A model generated the notes under the pieces. The model was not told where the DNA came from. It saw nothing but the letters and a program-made list of their open reading frames with translations, and did not search any database. A stretch of DNA of 51,441 nucleotides from a virus (lineage: Duplodnaviria; Caudoviricetes). This document shows, piece by piece, positions 37,193 to 46,291 of this stretch; positions within the stretch are counted from its first letter, which is position 1, and each line of letters begins with the position of its first letter. The stretch spans positions 1 through 51,441 of the IMG/VR virus record IMGVR_UViG_3300022074_000068. One strand, written 5' to 3'. A program made the position numbers and the translations under genes.

Positions 37193-37924
37193 ATGTACGA
37201 AAGTCAAGTAAATAGAGTAAGTCAATTAATTCATGATCTACATGAAGAGATAGATGAGGTAAGAAAACAAAACGTTGGCTTACGAAATGCAAACGAGATA
37301 TATAGTAAACAAAATATTGATCTACGTAAAAACCAAGATCAAGATGATCTGAATAGACAGATTACAGAACTCAAGAAAGAGAATATCAAACTTGTAGCTC
37401 AATTAGAAAATGATGAACACAACGTTGGGCATCTAGATGAGAAGATGAAAAGGCTAGACTATTTAGAAAAGATATTCTCTGAAAACAGGTATGTGTTTAG
37501 CGATATACCTAACACACCTGAAAACATGAAGATGGTGAAGTTGATGAAGAAACATATCAACAAAAGAAAATACACTATGCGTTGGCGTGGTCAGTATCTT
37601 ATTGATGGAGAGGATTGGAGAAAGTATACAGATGGACAACCTTTGTCAAAGTCCAAATGTATTCGTGTCTACATAGATAACAAACCTTACCAAATAGATA
37701 ACGTTGAAGGATTCAATGCAAACGAAGTCGATACAATCATAGATGCTCTGAACTGTTGGGAGAATGAACTATCTAGCGATCACTACAAGAGTGACACAGT
37801 AACACAGTTGCTTAACTATTTTGAATCCATGCGACTACACCTTGAGAACTCTGCTTCGAAACCTATTAAGGATAACGTCAACATTGTTATTCCAAAGGGA
37901 GACAAACAATGTCACACCAAATGA
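37193..37924 (+). CDS. hypothetical protein with N-terminal coiled coil
   Basis: AGGGG RBS; heptads in aa 5-95; YVFSDIPN...RWRGQYL...IRVYID domain. Confidence 0.75.
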   Translation: MYESQVNRVSQLIHDLHEEIDEVRKQNVGLRNANEIYSKQNIDLRKNQDQDDLNRQITELKKENIKLVAQLENDEHNVGHLDEKMKRLDYLEKIFSENRYVFSDIPNTPENMKMVKLMKKHINKRKYTMRWRGQYLIDGEDWRKYTDGQPLSKSKCIRVYIDNKPYQIDNVEGFNANEVDTIIDALNCWENELSSDHYKSDTVTQLLNYFESMRLHLENSASKPIKDNVNIVIPKGDKQCHTK

Positions 37925-38103
37925 ATGACAAAGTGTTCGACTTTATAAACGATAGATGGCTTGAAATGAGTGTCGAGGATTTTAAAGATTGGCTCAAAAC
38001 TCATAGGGATACAGATATGGTTGCAAAAGTTGTCCACGATAATCTAGATAGTTTAGAGGAGAAATGGAAACAGGAGAAACTTGACAGTTATCCATATGTT
38101 TGA
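37909..38103 (+). CDS. hypothetical protein
   Basis: GGGAG RBS; 64 aa. Confidence 0.6.
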   Translation: MSHQMNDKVFDFINDRWLEMSVEDFKDWLKTHRDTDMVAKVVHDNLDSLEEKWKQEKLDSYPYV

Positions 38104-38139
38104 TAACAATAATCTGAACAGACAAAGAAAGGAACACAG

Positions 38140-38727
38140 ATGTCTAACACAGATAGAGTAAGAGCTTATTACAATCTACACCGAAAGTGCTTTTCTGTAC
38201 AGGATTACAAAACAGGATTGGTAATCGAACACACTAACAAGTTGTGCTTTACCAACGCTATGTTTGTCGTCAGGAAGTCAGGCAACGAAAGGGTAAAGAA
38301 AGAGGGCAGAAAGAATGTCCATGCTTTTGTAAATGGAATACGCAATGACAAATGGAATGACACTAACCATTTGAAAGTTAGAGAACGTGTCGCTAATTTT
38401 TTCAGGGTAAAGTATGATCCTCATACAATGGATTACTTTCACTACAAAAGAATTAATGATTGGCTACCAATCGATAGACATTGGATAGGTAACGTTTGGC
38501 TATTTATGGAGGGAGATCGCCCAAGAGTTGTAGCCAACATAGACAGATTAGATGACACTAAAATCTATGACATTGACAAACCAAGCGACACTAAAAAAGA
38601 ACCTATCTATGTAATTAAAGATGAAACTTGTATTAAAAGGCTTTACGAGGGTGGTGGATTTTCAATGGAATTTTTAAGAAAAAAGCAAAAGCAAATAAAT
38701 AATAAAAAGAAATTATTTACAATCTAA
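38140..38727 (+). CDS. conserved phage hypothetical protein (Y.NLH...FSV...RKNVHAFV motif)
   Basis: GAAAGGAA RBS; TTGACA-17-TAACAA candidate promoter at 38081-38109. Confidence 0.75.
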   Translation: MSNTDRVRAYYNLHRKCFSVQDYKTGLVIEHTNKLCFTNAMFVVRKSGNERVKKEGRKNVHAFVNGIRNDKWNDTNHLKVRERVANFFRVKYDPHTMDYFHYKRINDWLPIDRHWIGNVWLFMEGDRPRVVANIDRLDDTKIYDIDKPSDTKKEPIYVIKDETCIKRLYEGGGFSMEFLRKKQKQINNKKKLFTI

Positions 38728-38784
38728 TCTAGATAGTTTACAAATTAACTACGTTCAATTTTAATTTAACTGAAAGGAAATAAA

Positions 38785-39795
38785 ATGAACTATATAGCTA
38801 ATGACTTCAATCATGAAGTAAAAACACATAGAGATTTTCAAGATGTAAGTTTCTATGAAGATAATTCTAAAATAACTAAAGTTGATCTTCAGGCTATGTT
38901 ACCTGTTCCAAATGACGATCCTGACTTTGGCGTAGTAACAACGCCTGAAGATTTAAAAGGTTATTTTGGTTTGTACAATTCTAGTCTAGATAAGTTATTA
39001 AATACACGCCCTGTATCTAATACTTATCAGCTTGTACCTCATCATGAATTGTTTAATGAACAAGCTAAAATACTTGGTCAATCTGATTTACCTTTAGAAA
39101 ATATAACTGTAAAAGATCAGCTTTATAAAGATGGATTACAAGCTCATCGAACTATATTTTTTCATGATCTAGAAACTACCGTATCCAATAATAAAGATAA
39201 GGTTTTATCTAGAATTGATATCTTTAACAGTTGTGATATGTCTTGGTCGTTCCAAGTTTTCTCAGGTGCGTACCGTGATCTATGTAGAAATACTTTAGTT
39301 TTTGGTGGACAAAAAGCGTATCATCAACAAGCCAAACATACTAGGAATTTATCGACTACGGCTTTAATGACTAAGGCAAGTATTGGTTTGGAATTTTGGA
39401 ATAACCAAAAAGAAACTATGTTAAATTGGAGAGCAAAAGATATGTCGCCTGAACAGTTTGGCAACATTCTTAAACAGACTATTTGTAAAAAGAAAAGTAA
39501 ATCTGCTGAACTTAATTTAACTAATCCAATTAATGAAACTAAGATGAATTATTTATTGGATAGGTTCGAAAAAGAAACACCTGATTTGGGAAAAACTATG
39601 TGGGCAGGCTATAATGCTTTAACACATTGGGCAACTCATACTGACGAAACTATCGAAAAAGAAATCGATAATAAGTTAGTCAAAATTAGATCAGGTAAAT
39701 CAACGGCAGATGTTCCAAGCGTTCAAAGAACACGCAATGACGAAGTAAGACAAGTTATTGAATGTGAGCATTGGAAAGAGTTAGAGTTAGCTTAA
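38785..39795 (+). CDS. DUF932-family protein
   Basis: VS..YQLVPH, NS.D.SW.F, GAYR.LC.N, HT, T.WA.YNA.THWATH; TGAAAGGAAA RBS. Confidence 0.8.
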   Translation: MNYIANDFNHEVKTHRDFQDVSFYEDNSKITKVDLQAMLPVPNDDPDFGVVTTPEDLKGYFGLYNSSLDKLLNTRPVSNTYQLVPHHELFNEQAKILGQSDLPLENITVKDQLYKDGLQAHRTIFFHDLETTVSNNKDKVLSRIDIFNSCDMSWSFQVFSGAYRDLCRNTLVFGGQKAYHQQAKHTRNLSTTALMTKASIGLEFWNNQKETMLNWRAKDMSPEQFGNILKQTICKKKSKSAELNLTNPINETKMNYLLDRFEKETPDLGKTMWAGYNALTHWATHTDETIEKEIDNKLVKIRSGKSTADVPSVQRTRNDEVRQVIECEHWKELELA

Positions 39796-39887
39796 TGAAT
39801 GGTGGCTTAGAACTCGCTTATATCTTATACAGAATAGTTGTGGTTATACTATTCTGTTTAATTATTTACGCAATTATTCAATGGTAA
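39795..39887 (+). CDS. 30-aa membrane peptide
   Basis: MNGGLELAYILYRIVVVILFCLIIYAIIQW*; TAATG coupling. Confidence 0.55.
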   Translation: MNGGLELAYILYRIVVVILFCLIIYAIIQW

Positions 39888-39902
39888 ATGAAAGGAAATC
39901 TT

Positions 39903-40139
39903 ATGAAAGATAACCATATAGACAAAACCAAACTACACGTTTGTGTTATTTGTGCTGAAACAATTAAACCGAAATTGTTGGGTTTGGATAATGATGGTAA
40001 CAAACATTATTGGTATGATGGCAATAATGCTGAACCTGTTGCTAACGGTAAATGTTGTGACAATTGTAACGCCACAGTTGTAATTCCACAAAGGTTTACT
40101 GATTTACAAATGTCAATTATTGAAAGGAAAATGATATGA
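39903..40139 (+). CDS. small zinc-binding protein
   Basis: CVIC...GNNAEPV..G.CCD.CN..VVIP.R; start moved to ATG 39903 after TGAAAGGAAA. Confidence 0.75.
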   Translation: MKDNHIDKTKLHVCVICAETIKPKLLGLDNDGNKHYWYDGNNAEPVANGKCCDNCNATVVIPQRFTDLQMSIIERKMI

Positions 40140-40486
40140 AAACATTGACAGACATTGATACACAAATAGACGCTTTAAAAGAAGTGTCTAGTAATGCTTT
40201 ACTTAAACACGGTTTTAGTAGATCAAGACAAAGAATATTTGACTTATCAAAATCACTTGACCAAACATGGCAAGACTATAAAGCGATACATGGCAAAACA
40301 TATTACAAGGAACTTACGCTATTTGTAATTACACGTTCTGCAATTGGCTTACGCTATAAAACAATTGTAAAACGGTCAGGTTTAAACGGTGTAGTTGTTC
40401 ATGATTGTTTAACTGATTTATTAAATGAAAAGTTAATCTATAAAAAAATAGTTGATGATAAGCTTATCTATCGTGCAAAAAAATAA
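40136..40486 (+). CDS. putative winged-helix DNA-binding protein
   Basis: GLRYKTIVKRSGL....VHDCL.DLL.EKLI.K...YR pattern; TGAAAGGAAAA RBS. Confidence 0.55.
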   Translation: MKTLTDIDTQIDALKEVSSNALLKHGFSRSRQRIFDLSKSLDQTWQDYKAIHGKTYYKELTLFVITRSAIGLRYKTIVKRSGLNGVVVHDCLTDLLNEKLIYKKIVDDKLIYRAKK

Positions 40487-40487
40487 C

Positions 40488-40550
40488 TTGCATTAAATAA
40501 AAAAATAAATTTATAATTAGGCTAGGTTAGGAATTAACTTAGCCTTTTTT
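40488..40550 (+). promoter_or_regulatory. sigma70-like promoter overlapping a terminator hairpin
   Basis: TTGCAT-18-TATAAT (40488-40517) followed by AGGCTAGGTTA-GGAAT-TAACTTAGCCT-TTTTT. Confidence 0.55.
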
Positions 40551-40573
40551 ATGTTTAGAAAGGATTTCTTCCA

Positions 40574-40936
40574 ATGGAAACAAAAACATATTTAATTAAA
40601 ACTAAGTTTGATTATTCAACAAATGAACTTGTAAATGTTGACGGTAATAATTTAACTATTGAATTTAAAATTATGGATAAATATACCATGATTGAAATAA
40701 TAGGAAGATTAAAAGACCGAACGGTTGAAGAATTTAAACATCAAATAATTTGTAATAAAAATCAAAATATTCAGGTGTTAACAAATCGTAATGATCAGGT
40801 TGAAAAAGAAAACGAACCTATTAATGAAAATGTTGATAGAGTACATTTTGATCAGGTATTTAAAAACGATTATCAATTAGGCTTGCACGGTCAATTAGAT
40901 TTAGAAGATTTAATTAATGAAAAGGTGAAACAATGA
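40574..40936 (+). CDS. hypothetical protein
   Basis: GAAAGGA RBS; ends GQLDLEDLI. Confidence 0.7.
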   Translation: METKTYLIKTKFDYSTNELVNVDGNNLTIEFKIMDKYTMIEIIGRLKDRTVEEFKHQIICNKNQNIQVLTNRNDQVEKENEPINENVDRVHFDQVFKNDYQLGLHGQLDLEDLINEKVKQ

Positions 40937-41058
40937 AATACTTTTTAAAAGAACTGTTAGAGCTTGTTAAATGGCTTTCCGTTGGGTTTGTTTGTGCTTA
41001 TGCTCTTGCAAGTTATCACGGTTTGGATACAAGCTTTAGTAATCTAATAGGTGCTTAA
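40933..41058 (+). CDS. 41-aa membrane peptide
   Basis: MKYFLKELLELVKWLSVGFVCAYALASYHGLDTSFSNLIGA*; AAGGTG RBS; ATGA overlap. Confidence 0.55.
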   Translation: MKYFLKELLELVKWLSVGFVCAYALASYHGLDTSFSNLIGA

Positions 41059-41059
41059 T

Positions 41060-41242
41060 ATGGCTTATTATTTTGAATGTGAAACTTGCAATACTAAAGA
41101 GTATTTTAATTATGTAATGCAATCTGAGTATTACGGCTTAAAGACTCCCAAAGCAAAAAAACAATCATATGAAACCGTTATTTGTAAATCTTGCATATCT
41201 AAAAAGGTAAGGTTAAAAGGTAACTATATTATAATTAAATGA
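41060..41242 (+). CDS. small zinc-ribbon protein
   Basis: CETC...CKSC; start moved to ATG 41060 (AGGTG RBS). Confidence 0.65.
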   Translation: MAYYFECETCNTKEYFNYVMQSEYYGLKTPKAKKQSYETVICKSCISKKVRLKGNYIIIK

Positions 41243-41253
41243 AAGGAAATAAA

Positions 41254-41643
41254 ATGAACTATCCATCAAGTATAAACAGTAATGTTAGAGCAAATAAAAC
41301 TATGTTTAGTAGTAATTTAACTCTTGAAGATATACCTCATAGAGATCATAAGTTAAGAAATATCGCAAAGGTTGAGAATTGCAAAAGCACTAGATCAGGT
41401 AAAGCAATAGCAAATCAATTTATTATTACTTTACAAAATGGTATTAAGATATTTCAATCTTATGATACTATTATTGCAATAAAAGCAAATGGTGAGACTT
41501 ACCTTGATTATGAATGTTGGAACTATTCAAATACTACTTCAAGATATCGTAAAGAGTTTCTTGGTGAAGATACTAGAACAACAAAAAATAAAATAGATCA
41601 AGGTAAATATATACTTGAATATTTAAATAAAAAGCTTTATTAA
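41254..41643 (+). CDS. conserved phage early protein of unknown function
   Basis: ANQFII...FQSY.TIIA...W.YS.TT..YR..FLG; TGAAAGGAAA RBS; start moved to 41254. Confidence 0.75.
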   Translation: MNYPSSINSNVRANKTMFSSNLTLEDIPHRDHKLRNIAKVENCKSTRSGKAIANQFIITLQNGIKIFQSYDTIIAIKANGETYLDYECWNYSNTTSRYRKEFLGEDTRTTKNKIDQGKYILEYLNKKLY

Positions 41644-41661
41644 TAAAACTTCCTCCATGTT

Positions 41662-41696
41662 AAAGCACTTTAGATTAGTTTCTAAGGTGCTTTTTC
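41662..41696 (+). terminator. intrinsic terminator ending the early gene block
   Basis: AAAGCACTTTAGA-TTAGTT-TCTAAGGTGCTTT followed by further T residues. Confidence 0.75.
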
Positions 41697-42120
41697 ATTT
41701 CATAGCCTGATATATCCTTAAATAATTGTTTTGTTTATGTATTCGCCTTAAACGGTGTTTGGCGTATTGCTCGCAATAGTGACAGTAAAAGGTATTAATC
41801 GAGGGTTAGTTATACAGTTAACTAAATGACAAAAAGAATTACATGGGCGTATGCGTGCGAAGTTAACCTTTTGTTGTTGTGGTGGGTGTTGTGGTGGGTG
41901 GTTTGTTAGCCTGTGGTATTGATTGGTTTTATCATTGATATGATCGTAAAGATTTCTGCCGTGTACGCACGCAAGAGCCACCCGGGGCCCCACCGTATTT
42001 GCATGCAATGTCGGCATATTTTTACTAGAATGAGTTAGTTGTACAGGTAACGGTGCATCCCTTTGGGATAGCGTATTGGGAAGGAGGGGATATAGTGTAT
42101 TTCCCCGGAGGTTCTACTCC
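41697..42120. other. non-coding region, probable genome terminus / pac region
   Basis: Longest gene-free stretch; GC- and G/T-skewed patches; lies upstream of the terminase operon. Confidence 0.45.
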
Positions 42121-42121
42121 G

Positions 42122-42196
42122 ATTGTACTGACCTATTCCTGTTCTGTCAATAAAATAATTATTTTTCTTGACGTATTCGTGCAAAGTTCTTATTAT
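42122..42196. promoter_or_regulatory. divergent sigma70 promoter pair
   Basis: Minus strand: TTGACA (42150-42145)-17-TACAAT (42127-42122); plus strand: TTGACG (42168-42173)-17-TATTAT (42191-42196). Confidence 0.75.
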
Positions 42197-42304
42197 AAAG
42201 GTAACAAAGTGTCATTTAAAGCACATACAACCAACAATTACCTGAAAAACAAGTGTAATAGGCTTTATTTGTTTGATTCTTTGTCAATTTAACGAAAGAA
42301 AGTA

Positions 42305-42526
42305 ATGTTTCAAGCATTTGTACTCATATGCCTTATAGGTATGCCCACTGAAAATAGATATTGTGAAGAATTAGCCGACACAAGAGGACCATACATGCTG
42401 CACGACAAGTGTCTTGCACGAGTATATGAGATAAAAGAGGAATTGCACCTCTACAAACCTAACATGCAAGCACGAGCATACCGTTGTGATGAATTTACTC
42501 CCCAAACAGAAAAGCAAAGCACGTGA
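42305..42526 (+). CDS. small Cys-containing protein with hydrophobic N-terminus
   Basis: MFQAFVLICLIG...C...GPY....CLAR...YRC. Confidence 0.7.
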   Translation: MFQAFVLICLIGMPTENRYCEELADTRGPYMLHDKCLARVYEIKEELHLYKPNMQARAYRCDEFTPQTEKQST

Positions 42527-42896
42527 AATAAGTCCTCAACAGGAGCAATTTCTAGAAGTACTCTTTGAAAATGGTGGAAACGTAACTGATGCAGCCCTCA
42601 AAGCAGGATATGCAAAGGGATCAGTGACGTGGCTACGCACATCTTTAGCAGATGAGATCATAAACCGTACAAAGAACATACTATCTATGAACGCATTTAA
42701 GGCAGCTACACGTCTTGTAACTACTATAGACAACCCAATACCTGAAAGAGGGGATGACCTACGCTTCAGGGCGGCAGAATCGCTGTTAAACAGGGTAGGA
42801 CTGGGTAAACAGGAAACAACCAACGTAAATGTACAGGCAGTACACGGAATAGTTCTGTTGCCGCCTAAGAAAGACGTTGTAATCGATGGAAACTAA
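42486..42896 (+). CDS. terS: terminase small subunit
   Basis: HTH-like Q..FL..LFE.GGN...AA.KAGY; AAESLLNRVG; C-terminal GIVLLPPK; directly upstream of TerL. Confidence 0.8.
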   Translation: MMNLLPKQKSKAREISPQQEQFLEVLFENGGNVTDAALKAGYAKGSVTWLRTSLADEIINRTKNILSMNAFKAATRLVTTIDNPIPERGDDLRFRAAESLLNRVGLGKQETTNVNVQAVHGIVLLPPKKDVVIDGN

Positions 42897-44568
42897 GAAG
42901 CGTGGTCGCCCAAAGAAAGACCCTAACGCACCCAAACAAAGATACAACTATTCATCTGCAATCAAAGCTCGTAAACAGACACAACGTAGACTTACTGAAG
43001 CCAAAAAACGAGCAACAAAGATAACGAGACAAGCAGAAAGTAAAAGAAGATATGCCAGAAAACTCGAAGAAAAAATCACCAAAGTCGACAAAGCTCTCAA
43101 TCAAAAAGAGACTACTGTTATCGACAAAACGGATCTGCAACAGCTTCCAGACGTTGTTGAGCAACTGGTGGATGGGCGTGAAATTATTTTTCAGCCGAAT
43201 GAAGGACCTCAAGAAGAGTTTCTTTCCTCAAGTGAAAGAGACGTTCTTTACGGTGGTTCGGCAGGGGGTGGCAAAAGCTTTGCCTTACTTGCAGACCCCT
43301 TACGGTATTGCCATAATAGCAACCATCGTGGGCTTCTTCTTAGGCGTACTCTGGATGAGCTAACAGAACTTATTGACAAGTCACGTCAGCTATATCCCAA
43401 AGCTTTCCCCGGTGCAAAGTTCCGGGAGTCAAAGTCAACGTGGCACTTTCCATCAGGTGCAACAATATGGTTTACCTATCTTGACAAAGACAAAGACGTA
43501 ACAAGATTTCAGGGTCAGTCGTTTAACTGGATAGGCATAGATGAGATAACCCAATATCCCTCGCCTTATGTTTGGGATTATCTCCGTTCACGACTAAGGG
43601 CAACTGATCCTGAACTGCAAAAACATCTGTACATGCGTTGTACAGCAAACCCCGGAGGAGTCGGAGGTTGGTGGGTCAAGAAGATGTATATCGATCCATC
43701 TGAACACAACTCGACTTTTCCTGCAATAGACATCGAAACAGGCAAAGCTTTCTTGTGGCCGCAAGGACATGAAAAAGCAGGTGAGCCACTCTTCTATCGT
43801 AGGTTTATACCTGCACGTTTGACTGACAATCCATACTTGTTGGCTGACGGACAATACGAAGCGATGCTACGATCCCTACCTGAAGTTGAACGTAAGCGAC
43901 TTCTTGAAGGCGACTGGGAAGTAACGGAAGGTGCAGCCTTTCCTGAATTTAGTAGAAGTAAACATGTGGTCCCGAATTTTGACCTTCCACCGAATTTCCC
44001 CAGAATACGTGCCGCTGACTATGGGTATGCGAGTCCTTCTTGTGTCCTGTGGGGTGCTATTGACTGGGATAACAATATATGGGTTTATCGTGAACTGTAT
44101 GTAAAACAGTTGACAGCAGAGCAGTTAGCAGATAGAATACTACAAGTAGAACAAGAAGATCCGACCCCCCACTATACTGTACTTGACTCATCGTGTTGGA
44201 ACAAGACAGGCTTTGGTCCTTCCATAGCAGAGACAATGATGAGATGTGGAGTGCGTTGGATGCCATCGGACAGAAACCGACTTCAAGGCAAAATGGAAAT
44301 ACATCGTAGGCTTGCCGATGACCCACGAACAGATGAACCTAGATTACGAGTATTTCCGAACTGTGTCAACCTTATCAAACAACTATCAGGTATACCTCTT
44401 AGCAAAACAAATGCAGAGGATGTGGACACAAAGGCAGAAGATCACGCATACGATGCACTACGATATATGCTAATGACAAGGATGACAGGATATGTGTCGA
44501 TTCATAAAACGCTTGGTGGTATTAAGAATCAAGTCTATCAAATGCAAGACCAAACATTTGGGTATTAA
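42886..44568 (+). CDS. terL: terminase large subunit
   Basis: Walker A YGGSAGGGKS, Walker B IGIDE, TANPGG, DYG, VYRE, DHAYDALRY. Confidence 0.93.
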   Translation: METKKRGRPKKDPNAPKQRYNYSSAIKARKQTQRRLTEAKKRATKITRQAESKRRYARKLEEKITKVDKALNQKETTVIDKTDLQQLPDVVEQLVDGREIIFQPNEGPQEEFLSSSERDVLYGGSAGGGKSFALLADPLRYCHNSNHRGLLLRRTLDELTELIDKSRQLYPKAFPGAKFRESKSTWHFPSGATIWFTYLDKDKDVTRFQGQSFNWIGIDEITQYPSPYVWDYLRSRLRATDPELQKHLYMRCTANPGGVGGWWVKKMYIDPSEHNSTFPAIDIETGKAFLWPQGHEKAGEPLFYRRFIPARLTDNPYLLADGQYEAMLRSLPEVERKRLLEGDWEVTEGAAFPEFSRSKHVVPNFDLPPNFPRIRAADYGYASPSCVLWGAIDWDNNIWVYRELYVKQLTAEQLADRILQVEQEDPTPHYTVLDSSCWNKTGFGPSIAETMMRCGVRWMPSDRNRLQGKMEIHRRLADDPRTDEPRLRVFPNCVNLIKQLSGIPLSKTNAEDVDTKAEDHAYDALRYMLMTRMTGYVSIHKTLGGIKNQVYQMQDQTFGY

Positions 44569-44571
44569 TAA

Positions 44572-46290
44572 ATGGCAGAAGATATAAAACTAGATAAAAA
44601 TCTCACTATCAATCAAGTTCTTCAGTTGACTGGGCGTGGTCAAACTGGAACGTTAAAACAAGCTATACAAAACGCAGGCTTGTCTCTTAATGATAAATTT
44701 TCTAGGATGCGTGAAACTGCGTTTTTAAAAAAATTAAATGAGGTGGGTGTTGAAGGTCATTTTACAGAATTAAATGCTGTAGAAAACTCTTTACGTGAGA
44801 TGTTTGATATAAGTGATGATGCAGGAGAGTTTCCACTAAAGAAAAAAACATTTGGTGCAAAAAGTAAATCAAGAAGTAAAACTTTAAACTTAAAAAAAGC
44901 AGACCAAGCACGTAAAGCTATAAAAGTTGAACTACCTTCTATAAAAGAAATAAATCAAAGTATACATACTGCAACTCAAAGACTAATAGCACAAGGAGAC
45001 ACTGCTACTAAAAAGCAAAAACTTAAAGACGCTACAAAATTTTATGAAGCTGCAGCTCTTCTTCAAATAAAACATCATAGTGGATTAAGAACAACAGAGA
45101 TAGTTAATTTAACAACTGGTAAACCTGCAGAAGGTGCTAAATACGGAACTGTGGTCAGAGGTTCAGACACTCTTGTTCAAATAAGTAATAAAGGTGATAG
45201 AACTAACTTTAGACTGTCATCTATGCCGATGGGTATACTACAAGATTTAGCAGAACGAAACGCATCTAACGATCTAAACAAATCTGCAAAATTATTTAAA
45301 ACAGGAAAAGGAACTCTTGAAAGCACAATAAACGAAGCTGTAAACGATGTGTTTAAACAAAATGAATTGATAATACGAGATCAAGACACAGGATTATCTA
45401 AAAAATTTACTGTTGGATTATTACGTAAAAATGTTTTTAGTGCCATAGACGATGAGTTTGGCACAGGTGTGGCTAACAGAGTACTAGGTCATTCTATCAA
45501 AGGAGATGTAGGATTAACTCACTACAAAGTAACAAGAACTTCACGAGCTAAACTTGATATTAATACTTTGGCTGCTGAAAGATTCAACAGCACATACTTA
45601 GCTGATATAGGACAGTCAAGTCCAAAAGCAGTTATGTCATCGTACAAGTTTGGAGAAAACTTCTTTCCAACTGAGCCTGTTGCAAAATTAGTAACACCTA
45701 GTCCAGTTGAAGAAGCAGCACAAAAAACAGGATTAAATTTAGAAACAAAGTCAGTTCAGGTAGGTGCTAACGTAGATAATCTTCTAAAAGATACTAACAA
45801 GAATATCGGACAGCTAGAAAAACAATTAGATAAGTTACAAGGACTTCAAACTCAAGTAGACGATTTAAAGAAAGATTCTAAAACAAAAAAAAGTTTATTA
45901 GAAACACCCTCATCTTCAGATGACATAAGCCAATCTATAAAAGATAAATTAGGAAAATTTGGTATTTTTCTTGGTAAGAAATTACCGTTGGTTGCTGCAG
46001 GTATTGTATATGCAGAACAAAAAGAAGCAGGTGCATCAACTGCAACAGCTTTAGGATACGCAGGTAGTGAGTTCCTTCCTGTATCAGCTTCTGATGTAGA
46101 CACGGCAGGTGCATTTGTAACAAAGGCACGTCAAGAGGGATTACCTGAAGCTATAGGTCTTGATACTGAAAAACAAAAACAAATGAATATCACAAGAAAA
46201 CAGAGATTAGCTGATAGAGTTAGACAAAACACATCAGTTACACCCCCCCTCGAAGAAGGGTTCATAAACCAAAACCAAATGGGAGAATAA
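44572..46290 (+). CDS. tyrosine recombinase-domain protein with long C-terminal extension
   Basis: SGLRTTEI (R), SNKG (K), GLLRK (HxxR-like), VLGHS (H), THY (Y); followed by a coiled coil and Gly/Ala hydrophobic helices. Confidence 0.75.
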   Translation: MAEDIKLDKNLTINQVLQLTGRGQTGTLKQAIQNAGLSLNDKFSRMRETAFLKKLNEVGVEGHFTELNAVENSLREMFDISDDAGEFPLKKKTFGAKSKSRSKTLNLKKADQARKAIKVELPSIKEINQSIHTATQRLIAQGDTATKKQKLKDATKFYEAAALLQIKHHSGLRTTEIVNLTTGKPAEGAKYGTVVRGSDTLVQISNKGDRTNFRLSSMPMGILQDLAERNASNDLNKSAKLFKTGKGTLESTINEAVNDVFKQNELIIRDQDTGLSKKFTVGLLRKNVFSAIDDEFGTGVANRVLGHSIKGDVGLTHYKVTRTSRAKLDINTLAAERFNSTYLADIGQSSPKAVMSSYKFGENFFPTEPVAKLVTPSPVEEAAQKTGLNLETKSVQVGANVDNLLKDTNKNIGQLEKQLDKLQGLQTQVDDLKKDSKTKKSLLETPSSSDDISQSIKDKLGKFGIFLGKKLPLVAAGIVYAEQKEAGASTATALGYAGSEFLPVSASDVDTAGAFVTKARQEGLPEAIGLDTEKQKQMNITRKQRLADRVRQNTSVTPPLEEGFINQNQMGE

Positions 46291-46291
46291 A

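Noticed and set aside
41748-42292. Track ORFs 41748-42017 (-) and 42053-42292 (+)
   Set aside because: No RBS, atypical composition, and the second spans promoter elements; treated as non-coding.
41697-42300. Protelomerase telRL site or tRNA-derived attP for the tyrosine recombinase
   Set aside because: Only short palindromes (8-10 bp) seen; no long inverted repeat or tRNA-like fragment recognised by eye.
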